Below, in pieces: positions 1 through 9,837 of a stretch of DNA of 55,713 bases. The notes beneath the pieces are model-generated. The model was not told the DNA's origin. It did no database searches and was given only the letters and a program-made list of their open reading frames with translations. Position 1 is the first letter of the stretch; the number at the start of each line of letters is the position of its first letter. Source of the stretch: Fusobacteriaceae bacterium (GTDB taxonomy: Bacteria; Fusobacteriota; Fusobacteriia; Fusobacteriales; Fusobacteriaceae); assembly GCA_031272945.1 (NCBI GenBank), contig JAISST010000115.1, forward strand, positions 1 to 55,713, written 5' to 3'. Both the position numbers and the translations under genes were made by a program.

Positions 1-373
1 AGATCGTCTCGTATTTTTTGAGCGATTCGTCGAGATAGACGGGAATACCGTCAGGGATCGCGAAAGGACAGACGCCGCCCACTTCGTGGCTTGTGATTTC
101 CGCCACTTCCGGCGGCGGGATCAGCGTCGCCTTCATGTGAAACGTCTGTTTGAACTTTGTGTTGTCGATCTTGACGTCGCCCGAGGTCACCACGATGATA
201 AAGCCTTCGCCGCTCTTTTTGTTCTTGAAGGCGAGGGTCTTGGCGATCTCTCCTTCCGTACAGCCGATGGCTTTGGCGGCCAACTCCACGGTGGCGCTGG
301 ATACGTCAAACTCAATAATCCGCTCGTCGATACCGAATTGCTTGAAATAATTCTTTACTGTTTCGATGGACAT
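1..373 (-). CDS. YbaK/EbsC (aminoacyl-tRNA deacylase) family protein, 3' end outside window
   Basis: Not in the ORF track. Manual translation from ATG at 373 gives MSIETVKNYFKQFGIDERIIEFDVSSATVELAAKAIGCTEGEIAKTLAF...HEVGGVCPFAIPDGIPVYLDESL, with the IAKTL and GGVCPF motifs of the family. Confidence 0.88.
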   Translation of the reverse strand, partial: MSIETVKNYFKQFGIDERIIEFDVSSATVELAAKAIGCTEGEIAKTLAFKNKKSGEGFIIVVTSGDVKIDNTKFKQTFHMKATLIPPPEVAEITSHEVGGVCPFAIPDGIPVYLDESLKKYETI

Positions 374-407
374 GTTACCCCCTGTATCATTAAAAATTTG
401 TTTTGGT

Positions 408-983
408 CTATCGTTTCACTCCGATCAGTTCCCGGAACTCATCGGCCGTCAGCTTGTCTTTTTTGACGGCCTTTTCGGACAGCGTCCGGGTGGAAGTCAG
501 ACCGTAGGCGAGACTGTGCAGGGCGTTGATGTGGGTGACGGCGAGGGCCAGGGCATCCGCCGCGTCATCGGGCTTCGGGATTTCCCGGAGGTTCAGCAGG
601 CGCTGGACCATCTGCTGGACTTGCTTTTTCTCGGCTTTGCCGTAGCCCGTGACGCCTACCTTGACCTGGGGCGGCGTATAGCCCTTGATCGATATATTCC
701 GCTGGGCAGCTGCCAGAAGAATAATCCCCCGGGCCTGTCCCACGGGGATGACGGTGGTGGCGTTCCGGAAATAAAACAATTCCTCGATGGCCAGATGTTC
801 GGGCTTGTATTTGTCCAGGAGCGCCGACAGACCGTCGTAGATTTCCACGAGCCTTTTTTCCATGGGCGTGTCCTTGTCCGTAAAAATACAGCCATAGTCC
901 ACCGGGGTAAATTTGTTTTTTTCATAGTCCAGGATCCCGTATCCGACAATGGCCGTGCCGGGATCAATTCCGATTACGCGCAT
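408..983 (-). CDS. ruvC: Holliday junction resolvase RuvC
   Basis: IGIDPG N-terminus, [26 protein letters not shown] motifs. Confidence 0.96.
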   Translation of the reverse strand: MRVIGIDPGTAIVGYGILDYEKNKFTPVDYGCIFTDKDTPMEKRLVEIYDGLSALLDKYKPEHLAIEELFYFRNATTVIPVGQARGIILLAAAQRNISIKGYTPPQVKVGVTGYGKAEKKQVQQMVQRLLNLREIPKPDDAADALALAVTHINALHSLAYGLTSTRTLSEKAVKKDKLTADEFRELIGVKR

Positions 984-1104
984 GGGTCGCCGCCTTTCTG
1001 ATTTTTATTCATTATATACCTTTTTATTTCCTTTGTAAAGAGGTAAAGATTTATTTTATAAAAAAAGACGCCGCCCGGTGATACGGGCAGCCCCTTTGTA
1101 CCGC

Positions 1105-1533
1105 TCAGTCGTCCATTTTCAGATCGTCGAGATCTCCGAGGTTGTCATCGCCCGCGGGCAGCGCCTCGACTTTCTTCTTGCGTTTTTTGGATCCTTCAAA
1201 ATTCGCGCCGTCTTCCATTACGAGGCGGTCGCTGGTAATGTCGCCCTGTACGATGCTGTTCGCCAGGAGTTCGACGGAATCAGCTTCCAATTCTCCCTTG
1301 AATATACCGCTGATGATAATCTTGGAAGCGACAACCTTTCCTTCGACTTCTCCGTGGGTGGAGATTGTAACAAGGGAACTGGATGTGGTGTCGCCGATAA
1401 TCTTCCCGTCCACATGCAAATTGCACTGAGTGTCAATATCGCCTGTGATTACCGTGCCCTGCGATATGGTAGTAACGCCTTTTGATGTAAAATCAACTTC
1501 AACCGCTCTGTCGTCCTTACTGAAAAGTGCCAT
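1105..1533 (-). CDS. Bactofilin / polymer-forming cytoskeletal protein (CcmA family)
   Basis: TTISQGTVITGDI...LHVDGKIIG...VQGDITSDRLVMEDGANFEG beta-helix pattern. Confidence 0.88.
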   Translation of the reverse strand: MALFSKDDRAVEVDFTSKGVTTISQGTVITGDIDTQCNLHVDGKIIGDTTSSSLVTISTHGEVEGKVVASKIIISGIFKGELEADSVELLANSIVQGDITSDRLVMEDGANFEGSKKRKKKVEALPAGDDNLGDLDDLKMDD

Positions 1534-1688
1534 GTTGCCCCCTTTATCTTCGGATTATTATTGTTGCAATTATATAATAAAACTATTTTGATTCTGTGTC
1601 AATGTTTTTTTGAAAATTTAACAGAAAATTCATCTTTCAAGGGAGAAAAAAATGTTGTATACTATAAGAAAAGACCGGGAGGAGCGCT

Positions 1689-2330
1689 ATGCTTACCTAC
1701 AAAGAAATCGTTTACGGCCTGGAGTTGGCGGGGACAATCGCCTTCGCGTCGTCGGGGGCCCTTCTGGCCATCCGGAAAAACATGGATATATTCGGAATCA
1801 GCGTACTGGGCATCGTGACGGCCCTGGGAGGCGGGTTGATCCGGGATCTGATCCTCAACGTGACGCCCCCCAATATGTTCCGGAATCCAACTTATGTCCT
1901 GACGGCCATCGGGACGGCCTGCGCGCTTTTTATTCTGATCTACCGCCGGAAGAATCTTTTGAACAGCCGCTATATGAAGCGTTACGAAGGATTCATGACC
2001 GTTATGGACACCATCGGCCTCAGTACGTTTACCGTGACGGGGATTCACGTGGGGATCGACGGGGCCTACGGCAACGAACGCTTCCTGCTGATATTCCTGG
2101 GCGTGATCACGGGAGTGGGCGGCGGCATGATAAGGGATGTGCTGGCGGGGGAAACGCCCTATGTCCTGGTAAGACACGTCTATGCCTGCGCCTCTCTGGC
2201 GGGGGCCGTGACCGCAGTCTTCCTGAAAGATGTGATCGGAGACGGCAACGCCATGATCCTGGGGGCGGTCGTAGTAGGGGTGATCCGATACCTCGCCATC
2301 GTCAAGAATTGGAATCTGCCGAGGATTTAA
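1689..2330 (+). CDS. TRIC / UPF0126 (YadS-like) membrane protein
   Basis: GTIAFASSGA, TALGGGLIRD and TGVGGGMIRDVL duplicated motifs; GGAGG RBS. Confidence 0.9.
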   Translation: MLTYKEIVYGLELAGTIAFASSGALLAIRKNMDIFGISVLGIVTALGGGLIRDLILNVTPPNMFRNPTYVLTAIGTACALFILIYRRKNLLNSRYMKRYEGFMTVMDTIGLSTFTVTGIHVGIDGAYGNERFLLIFLGVITGVGGGMIRDVLAGETPYVLVRHVYACASLAGAVTAVFLKDVIGDGNAMILGAVVVGVIRYLAIVKNWNLPRI

Positions 2331-2574
2331 CCCCCTGAGTCCCCCGGAACGGGGGCAATAAAAACTTATTCAAAAAACAACCTGCCCTGCGCAGCAGGTC
2401 TGCCCGTCAGGGCTGAGGGGACGCAGTCCCCGCAGGCGTTCGGGAAAAAGAGGAAAAACAAAAAGAAAAAGATCGGAAACGCCCTTGACAAAACGACGCC
2501 TATGTGATAATAAAAGTATTAGTTATTGACACACATTCCATAGTCGTCGGACTTTAAACGCGCAGGTGGTAGAC

Positions 2575-3540
2575 ATGAGAAAAATCGGTTACTTCATTGC
2601 CGCCATGACGGCATGTTTGGCATTTTCCACAGCAACCTTGGCAAGCGGTAAAGCAAAAAGCGACAAACCGCTGCACTTTATTGTCGTTCCAAAAGTTGTA
2701 CACCCGTGGTTTGATGAAGTCAACAAAGGCGCTCAGGAAGAAGCCGCGCTTTTGAGCGAGCAGCTCGGAAGGAAAGTCACCGTGGATTTCCGCGCCCCCA
2801 CTGTGGGTGATGTAACAGAACAAAACACCGTATTATCGCAATCCGCCGCAACAAAACCCGATGGCATCGCCTTTGACCCCGTGAACTGGGATTCCAACAA
2901 GGCTGTCATCGAAGAAATCCAGGCCCAGGGCATTCCCGTCATTATTTTCGACGCCCCCTCTCCCAAAGGTTCCGGTCTGACAGCCGTCGGTAACGATTTT
3001 GCCGTACAGGCCGCCATGGCTTCGGATTATCTGGCGAAACTGCTGGACGGCAAGGGGAAAGTCGCCATTATGCAGGGTATCCCCACCGCGGAAAATCACC
3101 GGGAGCGCTATGAAGCTCACGTGGCCGCGTTGAAAAAATATCCGGGCATTGAGATCGTCGCCGAAGGAATCGGAAATGACAACATCCAGGAAGCGCAATC
3201 CCAGGCGGCCGGCATTATTGCCGCCAACCCCGATCTGGCCGGATTCGTTTGCTGTGACGCGGCCGCTCCCATCGGCATTGCCAACGCCATCAAGGAAGCG
3301 GGCAAAGTCGGCAAAATCAAGCTCGTGGGCCTTGAAAACCTGCCGGATATGCTGGAACTCATCAAAGACGGTTCGATGCAAGCGGCTTCCTGCACCGTTC
3401 CCCGCGTACAGGGTTCCATGTCCGTACTCATGATGTGGCAGGCCTCTCTGGGCGTAAAGATTCCGGCTATCGTGGATACCGGCATCGATTTTGTAACGCC
3501 TGAAAACGTAGACGAATGGATAGAACTGATGAAGGAGTAA
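2575..3540 (+). CDS. Sugar ABC transporter substrate-binding protein (RbsB/Peripla_BP_4 type)
   Basis: Signal peptide, VPKVVHPWF, GIPVIIFD, VDTG motifs; first gene of a CUT2 ABC operon. ATG 2575 chosen over GTG 2566 by RBS spacing. Confidence 0.9.
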   Translation: MRKIGYFIAAMTACLAFSTATLASGKAKSDKPLHFIVVPKVVHPWFDEVNKGAQEEAALLSEQLGRKVTVDFRAPTVGDVTEQNTVLSQSAATKPDGIAFDPVNWDSNKAVIEEIQAQGIPVIIFDAPSPKGSGLTAVGNDFAVQAAMASDYLAKLLDGKGKVAIMQGIPTAENHRERYEAHVAALKKYPGIEIVAEGIGNDNIQEAQSQAAGIIAANPDLAGFVCCDAAAPIGIANAIKEAGKVGKIKLVGLENLPDMLELIKDGSMQAASCTVPRVQGSMSVLMMWQASLGVKIPAIVDTGIDFVTPENVDEWIELMKE

Positions 3541-3550
3541 GATCCGTATA

Positions 3551-3576
3551 TGGCGGCGCGCCACCGCGCGCCGCCA
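3551..3576 (+). other. Intercistronic GC-rich hairpin (probable mRNA stabiliser after the SBP gene)
   Basis: TGGCGGCGCGC / GCGCGCCGCCA 11-bp perfect stem with no U-tract, between SBP and ATPase genes. Confidence 0.6.
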
Positions 3577-3589
3577 ACGGATAAAGCCC

Positions 3590-5080
3590 ATGTCAGTCAT
3601 AGTCGAAGCCAAAAATATCACGAAAAGTTTCTACGGGATCCCGGCGCTGGATTCCGTGGATTTAGCCATAGAGGATTCCTCCGTGCACTGTCTGATCGGG
3701 GAAAACGGCGCCGGAAAAAGTACGTTGATCAAGATTCTGACGGGTATTTATACGCCTGATTCAGGTTCCGTACGGATATCCGGAAAGCCTGCCGCCGAGG
3801 ACAGGAATCTGTTCCGCCGGATCGCTTATGTGCCGCAAGAACTCAATCTTTTCCGCGAAATGACCGTTGCGGAAAATCTTTTTATGCCCTTCGAACGAAG
3901 CGGCATCAAAAAACGCGTCATCAACCGGTCCCGTCTGGAAGCGCTGGCGGTGGAGCATCTGAAACTGTTTGAAATCAGCGCCAAACCCAATGAGCTTGTG
4001 AAGAACATCTCGGTGTCCGACCGGCAGTTGTTGCAGATTGCCCGGGCCATGGTAGACGAAGACGCAAGTGTTCTGTTGCTGGACGAACCCACCACGAGCT
4101 TGACCGATAGAGAAATCGACAAGTTGTTCCATATTATCCGGCAGTTGAAGGCCCGCGGGAAAGCCGTGGTATTTATTTCCCACAAACTGGAGGAAGTGTT
4201 TTCCATCGGCGATGAAATCACCGTGCTGCGAAACGGCGTACGGGTCGCCCATACGCAGACCTCCGAAGCGGATATTCCCTGGGTCATTTCCAAAATGGCG
4301 GGCCGCTCCATCGATCAGGACGAGACCTTTATTCCGCAATGGGCGGACGGCGATGTCCTGATGGAGGTTGAAGGACTCAGCGGCGAAAAATTCCGGGATG
4401 TGAGTTTTAAGCTCCACGCGGGAGAGATTCTGGGATTTTCGGGTCTTGTGGGCAGCGGACGTACGGAACTTATGCAGGCGATCCTCGGACGCCTGCCGGT
4501 ATGGACAGGCAGCGTTCGCATCGAAGGCCGGAAAATGCCGGCGGGAAATCAGACGGCTACCGTTCGGAACGGATTTTTGTATCTTCCGGAGGAGCGCAAG
4601 CAACAGGGCATTTTGCCTGATCTCAGCGTCATGTCCAACATCAGCTGCGCCCTGATCGAACAACTGTGCGACGGTCTTTTGGTGTCCGCCAAAAAGGAAC
4701 GGGCAAAATCCGAAGAGGTGGTCCGGACTTACAGTATCAAAATCGCTTCGTTGAAACAATCCATCAAATACCTGAGCGGCGGCAACCAGCAAAAGGCAAT
4801 TATCGGTCGCTCCATCGCTGCAAAGCCTAAAATATTGGTATTTGATGAGCCGACCAAAGGAATTGACGTCGGCACGAAAGTAGAGATCTACAAATTGATG
4901 AAAAAATTCGCCGAGGAACAGCGGCTCGGGATCATTCTGATTTCCTCGGAAATGAACGAAGTGCTGAAATGTTCCAATCGGGTGATCGCCATGTATCTCG
5001 GGAAAAAAGCGCGGGAATTTACCGCTCCCGTGGACAAAACCATGCTGCTCCATGCGATTATGGGCATTGCTGTCAATTAA
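3590..5080 (+). CDS. Sugar ABC transporter ATP-binding protein (RbsA/MglA type, two ABC domains)
   Basis: GENGAGKST Walker A, LLLDEPT, LSGGNQQK, FDEPTKGIDVG. Confidence 0.95.
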   Translation: MSVIVEAKNITKSFYGIPALDSVDLAIEDSSVHCLIGENGAGKSTLIKILTGIYTPDSGSVRISGKPAAEDRNLFRRIAYVPQELNLFREMTVAENLFMPFERSGIKKRVINRSRLEALAVEHLKLFEISAKPNELVKNISVSDRQLLQIARAMVDEDASVLLLDEPTTSLTDREIDKLFHIIRQLKARGKAVVFISHKLEEVFSIGDEITVLRNGVRVAHTQTSEADIPWVISKMAGRSIDQDETFIPQWADGDVLMEVEGLSGEKFRDVSFKLHAGEILGFSGLVGSGRTELMQAILGRLPVWTGSVRIEGRKMPAGNQTATVRNGFLYLPEERKQQGILPDLSVMSNISCALIEQLCDGLLVSAKKERAKSEEVVRTYSIKIASLKQSIKYLSGGNQQKAIIGRSIAAKPKILVFDEPTKGIDVGTKVEIYKLMKKFAEEQRLGIILISSEMNEVLKCSNRVIAMYLGKKAREFTAPVDKTMLLHAIMGIAVN

Positions 5081-5095
5081 GGAGAATCTGAAAAT

Positions 5096-6133
5096 ATGAC
5101 CCTGAAGACTTTGCTGAATGCAAGAAAAAAAGCGGGCGCGGAAAGTAAGTTGCGGAATATCACGCTTGTATTGATCGCCATGATCATCATCGCCTCATTT
5201 TCCTCGCCCAATTTCCTCGATCGTTTCAACCTGCAATCTGTCGTGCGCGATTTGGCCTTTGTTTCCACGATTGCCATCGGACAATCCTGTCTGCTGCTTT
5301 TGGGGGAACTGGATTTGTCCGTCGGCAAGATCGCTTCGCTCTGCGGCGTCCTGGCGGGTATGCTGATGGTCAATTTCAAATTTCCCGTCGTTATTGTCCC
5401 CTTTATTTGCATATTGGCGGGTATGCTTTTCGGCGTTCTGAACGGAACCATCATCACGCGTCTGAAACTGAACGCCATGGTCGTTACGATCGGAATGCAG
5501 GGATTGTACGGAGGCGTCAACCTCGTGCTCACAAAAGGCAAGGCGATTATCGGTATTCCGGCGTCCTTCACATATCTGGGCAAGGGGACGTTTTTGGGGA
5601 TTCCCATGCCCTTCGTATTTACGTTGATTGTATTGATTATCGTGCTGTTTCTTACGCAGAAAACCCGTTACGGCCGGTATTTGTACGCCATCGGGAACAA
5701 CAGGGAAGCGGCTGAAATCATGGGGATAAACGTCACATTTATCCGTACGATGACTTACGCGCTGGTAGGGGCTCTGGCGGCCCTGTCGGGGGTGTTGATG
5801 GTGGCCCGTCTCGGCGCTTCCCAGCCCAGCATTGGAGATTCCTGGGTGATGAATTCCATCGCGGCGTCCGTCATCGGAGGGGTCGCGCTGACAGGCGGGA
5901 TCGGCAGTCCCGCGGGGGCTCTGCTGGGCGCCTGTATCATCAGCATCATCCAAAACATGATCGTGCTGTTGGGCGTCAATATTTACTGGCAGACGGCAGT
6001 CAGCGGCGTCGTGGTTGTTATCGCCATCTCGCTGGATTCCATCGGCACGCTGGTATCTCTGAATTCAGCCAAGCGCAGAGCCATCGCCAATTCCGAAAAA
6101 GAAAAAGACAAAGAGAACAAACAGGAGGCATGA
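5096..6133 (+). CDS. Sugar ABC transporter permease (RbsC/BPD_transp_2)
   Basis: ELDLSVG, TRYGRYLYAIGNNREAA, IAASVIGGVALTGG. Confidence 0.93.
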   Translation: MTLKTLLNARKKAGAESKLRNITLVLIAMIIIASFSSPNFLDRFNLQSVVRDLAFVSTIAIGQSCLLLLGELDLSVGKIASLCGVLAGMLMVNFKFPVVIVPFICILAGMLFGVLNGTIITRLKLNAMVVTIGMQGLYGGVNLVLTKGKAIIGIPASFTYLGKGTFLGIPMPFVFTLIVLIIVLFLTQKTRYGRYLYAIGNNREAAEIMGINVTFIRTMTYALVGALAALSGVLMVARLGASQPSIGDSWVMNSIAASVIGGVALTGGIGSPAGALLGACIISIIQNMIVLLGVNIYWQTAVSGVVVVIAISLDSIGTLVSLNSAKRRAIANSEKEKDKENKQEA

Positions 6134-6134
6134 C

Positions 6135-7025
6135 ATGAAACTGGGATTGAATCTTTCCTTCGCGGTCAAACGCTGGATGAAGCCGGAAGTGTTGGCCGCA
6201 ATGTGCAGAGAAATATTTGACGTGAACTATGTGCAGTTTACCTGGGATTTGATTGACCCCTGGTGGCCCGGAGACGTTCGCGATGAATTTGCCGGGCAAT
6301 ACGCCCGGGCCTTTGAAAAGCGGGGGATCGAAATCGGCGCGACCTTCGGGGGCCTTGCGTCCTACAGCTATCCGCAGCTGCTTGCGCCCGATCCCAAAAT
6401 GCGCGATGTGTCCGAAACCTTTTTCAAAAGAGCCATTGATCTGACCCGGGCCATGGGCGTCAAAGCCGTCGGCACGCCCATTGGAGGCATGGATTACGCC
6501 GACGCCAGAGATCCGGAGACTCGCGCCGCCTTGTATCGGGAAGCGCTGGAGAGAATCCGGCGTCTTGCCGAATACGGCAGGCAAAAGGGCCTCGATCATA
6601 TGGAAATCGAAGTGACGCCACTTATCACGGAATTTCCCCACAGTCCCGAGACCAGCATCCGTCTGATGAAGGATCTGGAAGGTAGCGCCATACCGGTAAA
6701 ACTGTTGATTGACTGGGGCCACGCGTTGTTCAAACCGTTGTTGAAAGAAGAAGCGGATATTTCACTCTGGTTTAAAACATGCAAAGACTATATCGCGGCG
6801 ATTCACCTGCAGCAGACAGACGGACAATGGGACAGGCACTGGGATTTTACGAACCCGGATGGAACACTGACGCCGGAGTATATTGTAGAGAAGACGAAAG
6901 AGGCGGGATTGGAAAACATCGTCTCCTATCTTGAGGTTGTGACGATTTTTGAAGACGATGACGATCACGTGCTGGATGGCATGAAAAAGAGCATGGAACT
7001 GTTGCGCAGGGCGTGCGCCTCATAA
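6135..7025 (+). CDS. Sugar-phosphate epimerase/isomerase, xylose-isomerase-like TIM barrel (EryC-like)
   Basis: LLIDWGH and IHLQQTDG metal motifs, C-terminal YLEV. The N-terminus (LNLSFAVKRW, QFTWDLIDPWW) resembles the D-erythrulose-1-P 3-epimerase EryC family from memory. Confidence 0.75.
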   Translation: MKLGLNLSFAVKRWMKPEVLAAMCREIFDVNYVQFTWDLIDPWWPGDVRDEFAGQYARAFEKRGIEIGATFGGLASYSYPQLLAPDPKMRDVSETFFKRAIDLTRAMGVKAVGTPIGGMDYADARDPETRAALYREALERIRRLAEYGRQKGLDHMEIEVTPLITEFPHSPETSIRLMKDLEGSAIPVKLLIDWGHALFKPLLKEEADISLWFKTCKDYIAAIHLQQTDGQWDRHWDFTNPDGTLTPEYIVEKTKEAGLENIVSYLEVVTIFEDDDDHVLDGMKKSMELLRRACAS

Positions 7026-7064
7026 AACGGAATCAGGGAAGAAGAGAAGATACGGAGGTCAGAT

Positions 7065-7622
7065 ATGGATTACGCTAAAAAAGCGAAGCAAATCATCGGC
7101 GAATTGGATCAGGTGTTTGAGCGGTTGGACGCCGGAAGCATCGAAGCCTTCGTCGCGGAAATTCAAAAAGCGAAACGGATCATCACCATCGGCGTAGGTC
7201 GGGAGGGACTCTCCACCAGGGCCTTTACCATGCGTTTGATGCACCTCGGCTTTGACGTGCACTGGGTATGGGATGACACGACGCCGTCTCTGGGCGCGGG
7301 CGATCTGCTGATTGCCACATCCGGCTGCGGAGAGATCGGGCACATTCATTATGTAATCGAGAAAGCGAAATCGAGAGGGGCGCGGGTCGCCCTTGTGACG
7401 GGCGATCCCTATAAAAAAAGCGCGCCGCTGGCGGACTGCGTCTTGTTTGTCCCCGCGTCTGTCTATCTGGGAACCGCCGACGTCGTGCCTTCCTGCCAGC
7501 CCATGGGGAATTTGTTTGAGCAGAGCCTGCTGATCGCCTTTGACATGATCGTGATGGATCTTACGGAGCGCCGCGGCATGACGAAGGAAAAGATGGAAGG
7601 AAATCACAGAAACCTCGAATAA
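7065..7622 (+). CDS. hxlB: SIS-domain protein, 6-phospho-3-hexuloisomerase-like
   Basis: GVGREGL, FTMRLMHLG, SGCGE, QPMGNLFEQ and C-terminal HRNLE typical of PHI/HxlB. Confidence 0.8.
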   Translation: MDYAKKAKQIIGELDQVFERLDAGSIEAFVAEIQKAKRIITIGVGREGLSTRAFTMRLMHLGFDVHWVWDDTTPSLGAGDLLIATSGCGEIGHIHYVIEKAKSRGARVALVTGDPYKKSAPLADCVLFVPASVYLGTADVVPSCQPMGNLFEQSLLIAFDMIVMDLTERRGMTKEKMEGNHRNLE

Positions 7623-7628
7623 GGAAAA

Positions 7629-7659
7629 GCGCGGCGCTGCTCTTAGAGCAGCGCCGCGC
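7629..7659. terminator. Perfect inverted repeat between convergent hxlB-like gene and mscL (probable bidirectional terminator)
   Basis: GCGCGGCGCTGCTCT-T-AGAGCAGCGCCGCGC, 15-bp arms. Confidence 0.65.
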
Positions 7660-7692
7660 GTGGTTTACGCCTGAATGAAAATTAGAATCAAA

Positions 7693-8100
7693 TTACTTTT
7701 TCAAAAGATCCCGGATCTCGGTCAGCAGGTCTTCCGTGGTGGGACCCGCGGGCGCCGGAGGCGCTTCTTCTTTTTTCCGTCGCAGCGTGTTGATGGTTTT
7801 CACAAAGAGGAAGATACAAAAGGCTATGATCAGGAAATCAATGACATTCTGGAAGAATCTCCCGTAATAAATGGCGTTTTCAGGCGTTACAACCTCCCCC
7901 TGCTCATTGAGGACCGCAGCCGTCAGGACGCACTTGAGATCGCTGAAATTGAATCCGCCCAGGATTTTACCCAATATGGGCATCATCAGGTCATTTACCA
8001 CCGAAGAGACGATTTTTCCGAAGGCCCCGCCGATGATGACGCCCACCGCCATGTCGATGACATTTCCTTTAAACGCAAAGTCCTTGAATTCTTTCCACAT
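7693..8100 (-). CDS. mscL: Large-conductance mechanosensitive channel
   Basis: [28 protein letters not shown] and [11 protein letters not shown]. Confidence 0.97.
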   Translation of the reverse strand: MWKEFKDFAFKGNVIDMAVGVIIGGAFGKIVSSVVNDLMMPILGKILGGFNFSDLKCVLTAAVLNEQGEVVTPENAIYYGRFFQNVIDFLIIAFCIFLFVKTINTLRRKKEEAPPAPAGPTTEDLLTEIRDLLKK

Positions 8101-8118
8101 GTTTCCCCCTCCGCCATA

Positions 8119-8664
8119 TCAGCTTTTTACGCCGTTCGTATAGTTCTCGCTCTTGATCAGGTTTCCGCCGTCGTCGTATTCTTTATAGGGACCATCCAGT
8201 TTTTCCTTTTCGTTGTAATTGCACTCGATATGTTTTTTTCCGTTGGAATAATATTCCACAAAGGGACCGTATTTCTTCCCGTTTTTGATATTGCCTTCCT
8301 TCATGATCGTGCCGTTGGGAAAGTACAGGATGTTTTTTGTCGTCGTCGATGTGCTCGTGTGGATCGCTTCTTTTTTCAACTGACCGTTTTCATAGTATTC
8401 CCTGACTTCTCCGATCAGTTCCCCGTCTATATGGTTCCGGACGGAACTCAGCTGTCCGTCCCGGTAGAAAGTCTCGTAGATTCCGTGGATGTTGCCGTTT
8501 TTATAATATTTTTTTACTTCCACTTGTCCGTTGGTGTAATAGGAGCGATATTCTCCCTCCCGGACGCCGTTGACATAGTTCCGTTCTTCCTGAATCGTTC
8601 CGTTTTCGTAAGTTTTCGTCCAGAGCCCCTCTTTTTTTCCCTCTTTGTTGAATTCGTTCGCCAT
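8119..8664 (-). CDS. MORN2-repeat (YwqK-like) protein
   Basis: Tandem YYxNGQ/EGxYxNG repeats. Confidence 0.88.
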   Translation of the reverse strand: MANEFNKEGKKEGLWTKTYENGTIQEERNYVNGVREGEYRSYYTNGQVEVKKYYKNGNIHGIYETFYRDGQLSSVRNHIDGELIGEVREYYENGQLKKEAIHTSTSTTTKNILYFPNGTIMKEGNIKNGKKYGPFVEYYSNGKKHIECNYNEKEKLDGPYKEYDDGGNLIKSENYTNGVKS

Positions 8665-8969
8665 TGGAAACCACCTCTTTATTAAAAAAATTGTTTGCAG
8701 TTTGTATTATCAGTATACCTCAGATTTCCTGAGAATGGAAGAGATTTTTTAAAAAACTTAAAATTTTTTAGGAAAATGACCGGGAAATGGTGTATAATAA
8801 GGGCAGAAAACGGGATTTCGAAAAAATGCGGGTCGGATCAAAAGTTGAACTGAAATATGACTTTTTGATCTGTATCGAAACAGAACGACGTAAAGAAGAA
8901 AGATATTTTTATAAAGAAACATAGCGGATCCATTGGGCGTGCAGGGAAAAATAAAAGGAGGCGTTTTTG

Positions 8970-9767
8970 ATGAAAATCGGTTTTATCGGTTGCGGAAATA
9001 TGGGGACGGCTTTTTTGCGGGGCGTCATCGGGTCGGGACTCGTGTCGGCCGGAGACGTCTATGTGTATGACAAGCTTCAGCTGGAGAAAACAGCGAAGGA
9101 ATATGGCGTCCATGCCTGCGGGAGCGGGCCGGAGGTCGCAAAAAGCGCCGACGCGGTTTTTCTGGCCGTAAAGCCCAATATTTACCCCGCCGTGATTGAA
9201 GAGGCGAAAGACGCCTTGAAGGACAAACTCATCGTCACGATGGCGCCGGGGATTACGCTTGCCGCCATGGCGGAAAAAATGCTGCCCCACGCAGGGGGCC
9301 GCGTGATCCGGACCATGCCCAACCTGCCGCTCATGATCGGCGAGGGCTGTATCGCTTATACGTTCGGGGCCGCGGTCACCAACGAGGAAAAGACATTTTT
9401 CACGGAACTTTTCGGAAAGATCGGCGTATCCCTTGAGATCAAAGAGGAGCTTTACGACGCCGTAACCGGCGCTTCGGGCTCATCGCCGGCTTTCGTGTTC
9501 GTGTTTATCGAGGCCCTTGCCGACGCCGTGGTGGCGGCGGGACTCGCCCGGGCCGACGCGTACCGTCTCGTGTCTCAGACCGTGGCCGGTTCCGCCAAAA
9601 TGCTCTTGGCGACGGGTAAACACCCGGGCGAATGGAAGGATGCGGTTTGCTCTCCGGGCGGTACGACCATTGAGGGCATTATGAAATTGGAGGAAAACGG
9701 TTTCCGCGGGGCCATTACCAAGGCGGCGACGGCGACAATCGAAAAGACGAAAAAAATGGGGAAATAA
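8970..9767 (+). CDS. proC: Pyrroline-5-carboxylate reductase
   Basis: IGFIGCGNMG, LAVKP, RTMPN, SGSSPA, VCSPGGTTI; AAGGAGG RBS. Confidence 0.96.
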   Translation: MKIGFIGCGNMGTAFLRGVIGSGLVSAGDVYVYDKLQLEKTAKEYGVHACGSGPEVAKSADAVFLAVKPNIYPAVIEEAKDALKDKLIVTMAPGITLAAMAEKMLPHAGGRVIRTMPNLPLMIGEGCIAYTFGAAVTNEEKTFFTELFGKIGVSLEIKEELYDAVTGASGSSPAFVFVFIEALADAVVAAGLARADAYRLVSQTVAGSAKMLLATGKHPGEWKDAVCSPGGTTIEGIMKLEENGFRGAITKAATATIEKTKKMGK

Positions 9768-9769
9768 CC

Positions 9770-9794
9770 ATAGGGGCGCGCATTACGCGTCCGC
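9770..9794 (+). repeat. REP-like palindrome (GTAG family, ATAG variant)
   Basis: ATAGGGGCGCGCATTACGCGTCCGC, near-identical to the copies at 13282 and 15926. Confidence 0.7.
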
Positions 9795-9837
9795 TTGAAA
9801 ATGATCATGAGACATCAATACCTAAGGGGGTTATTCT

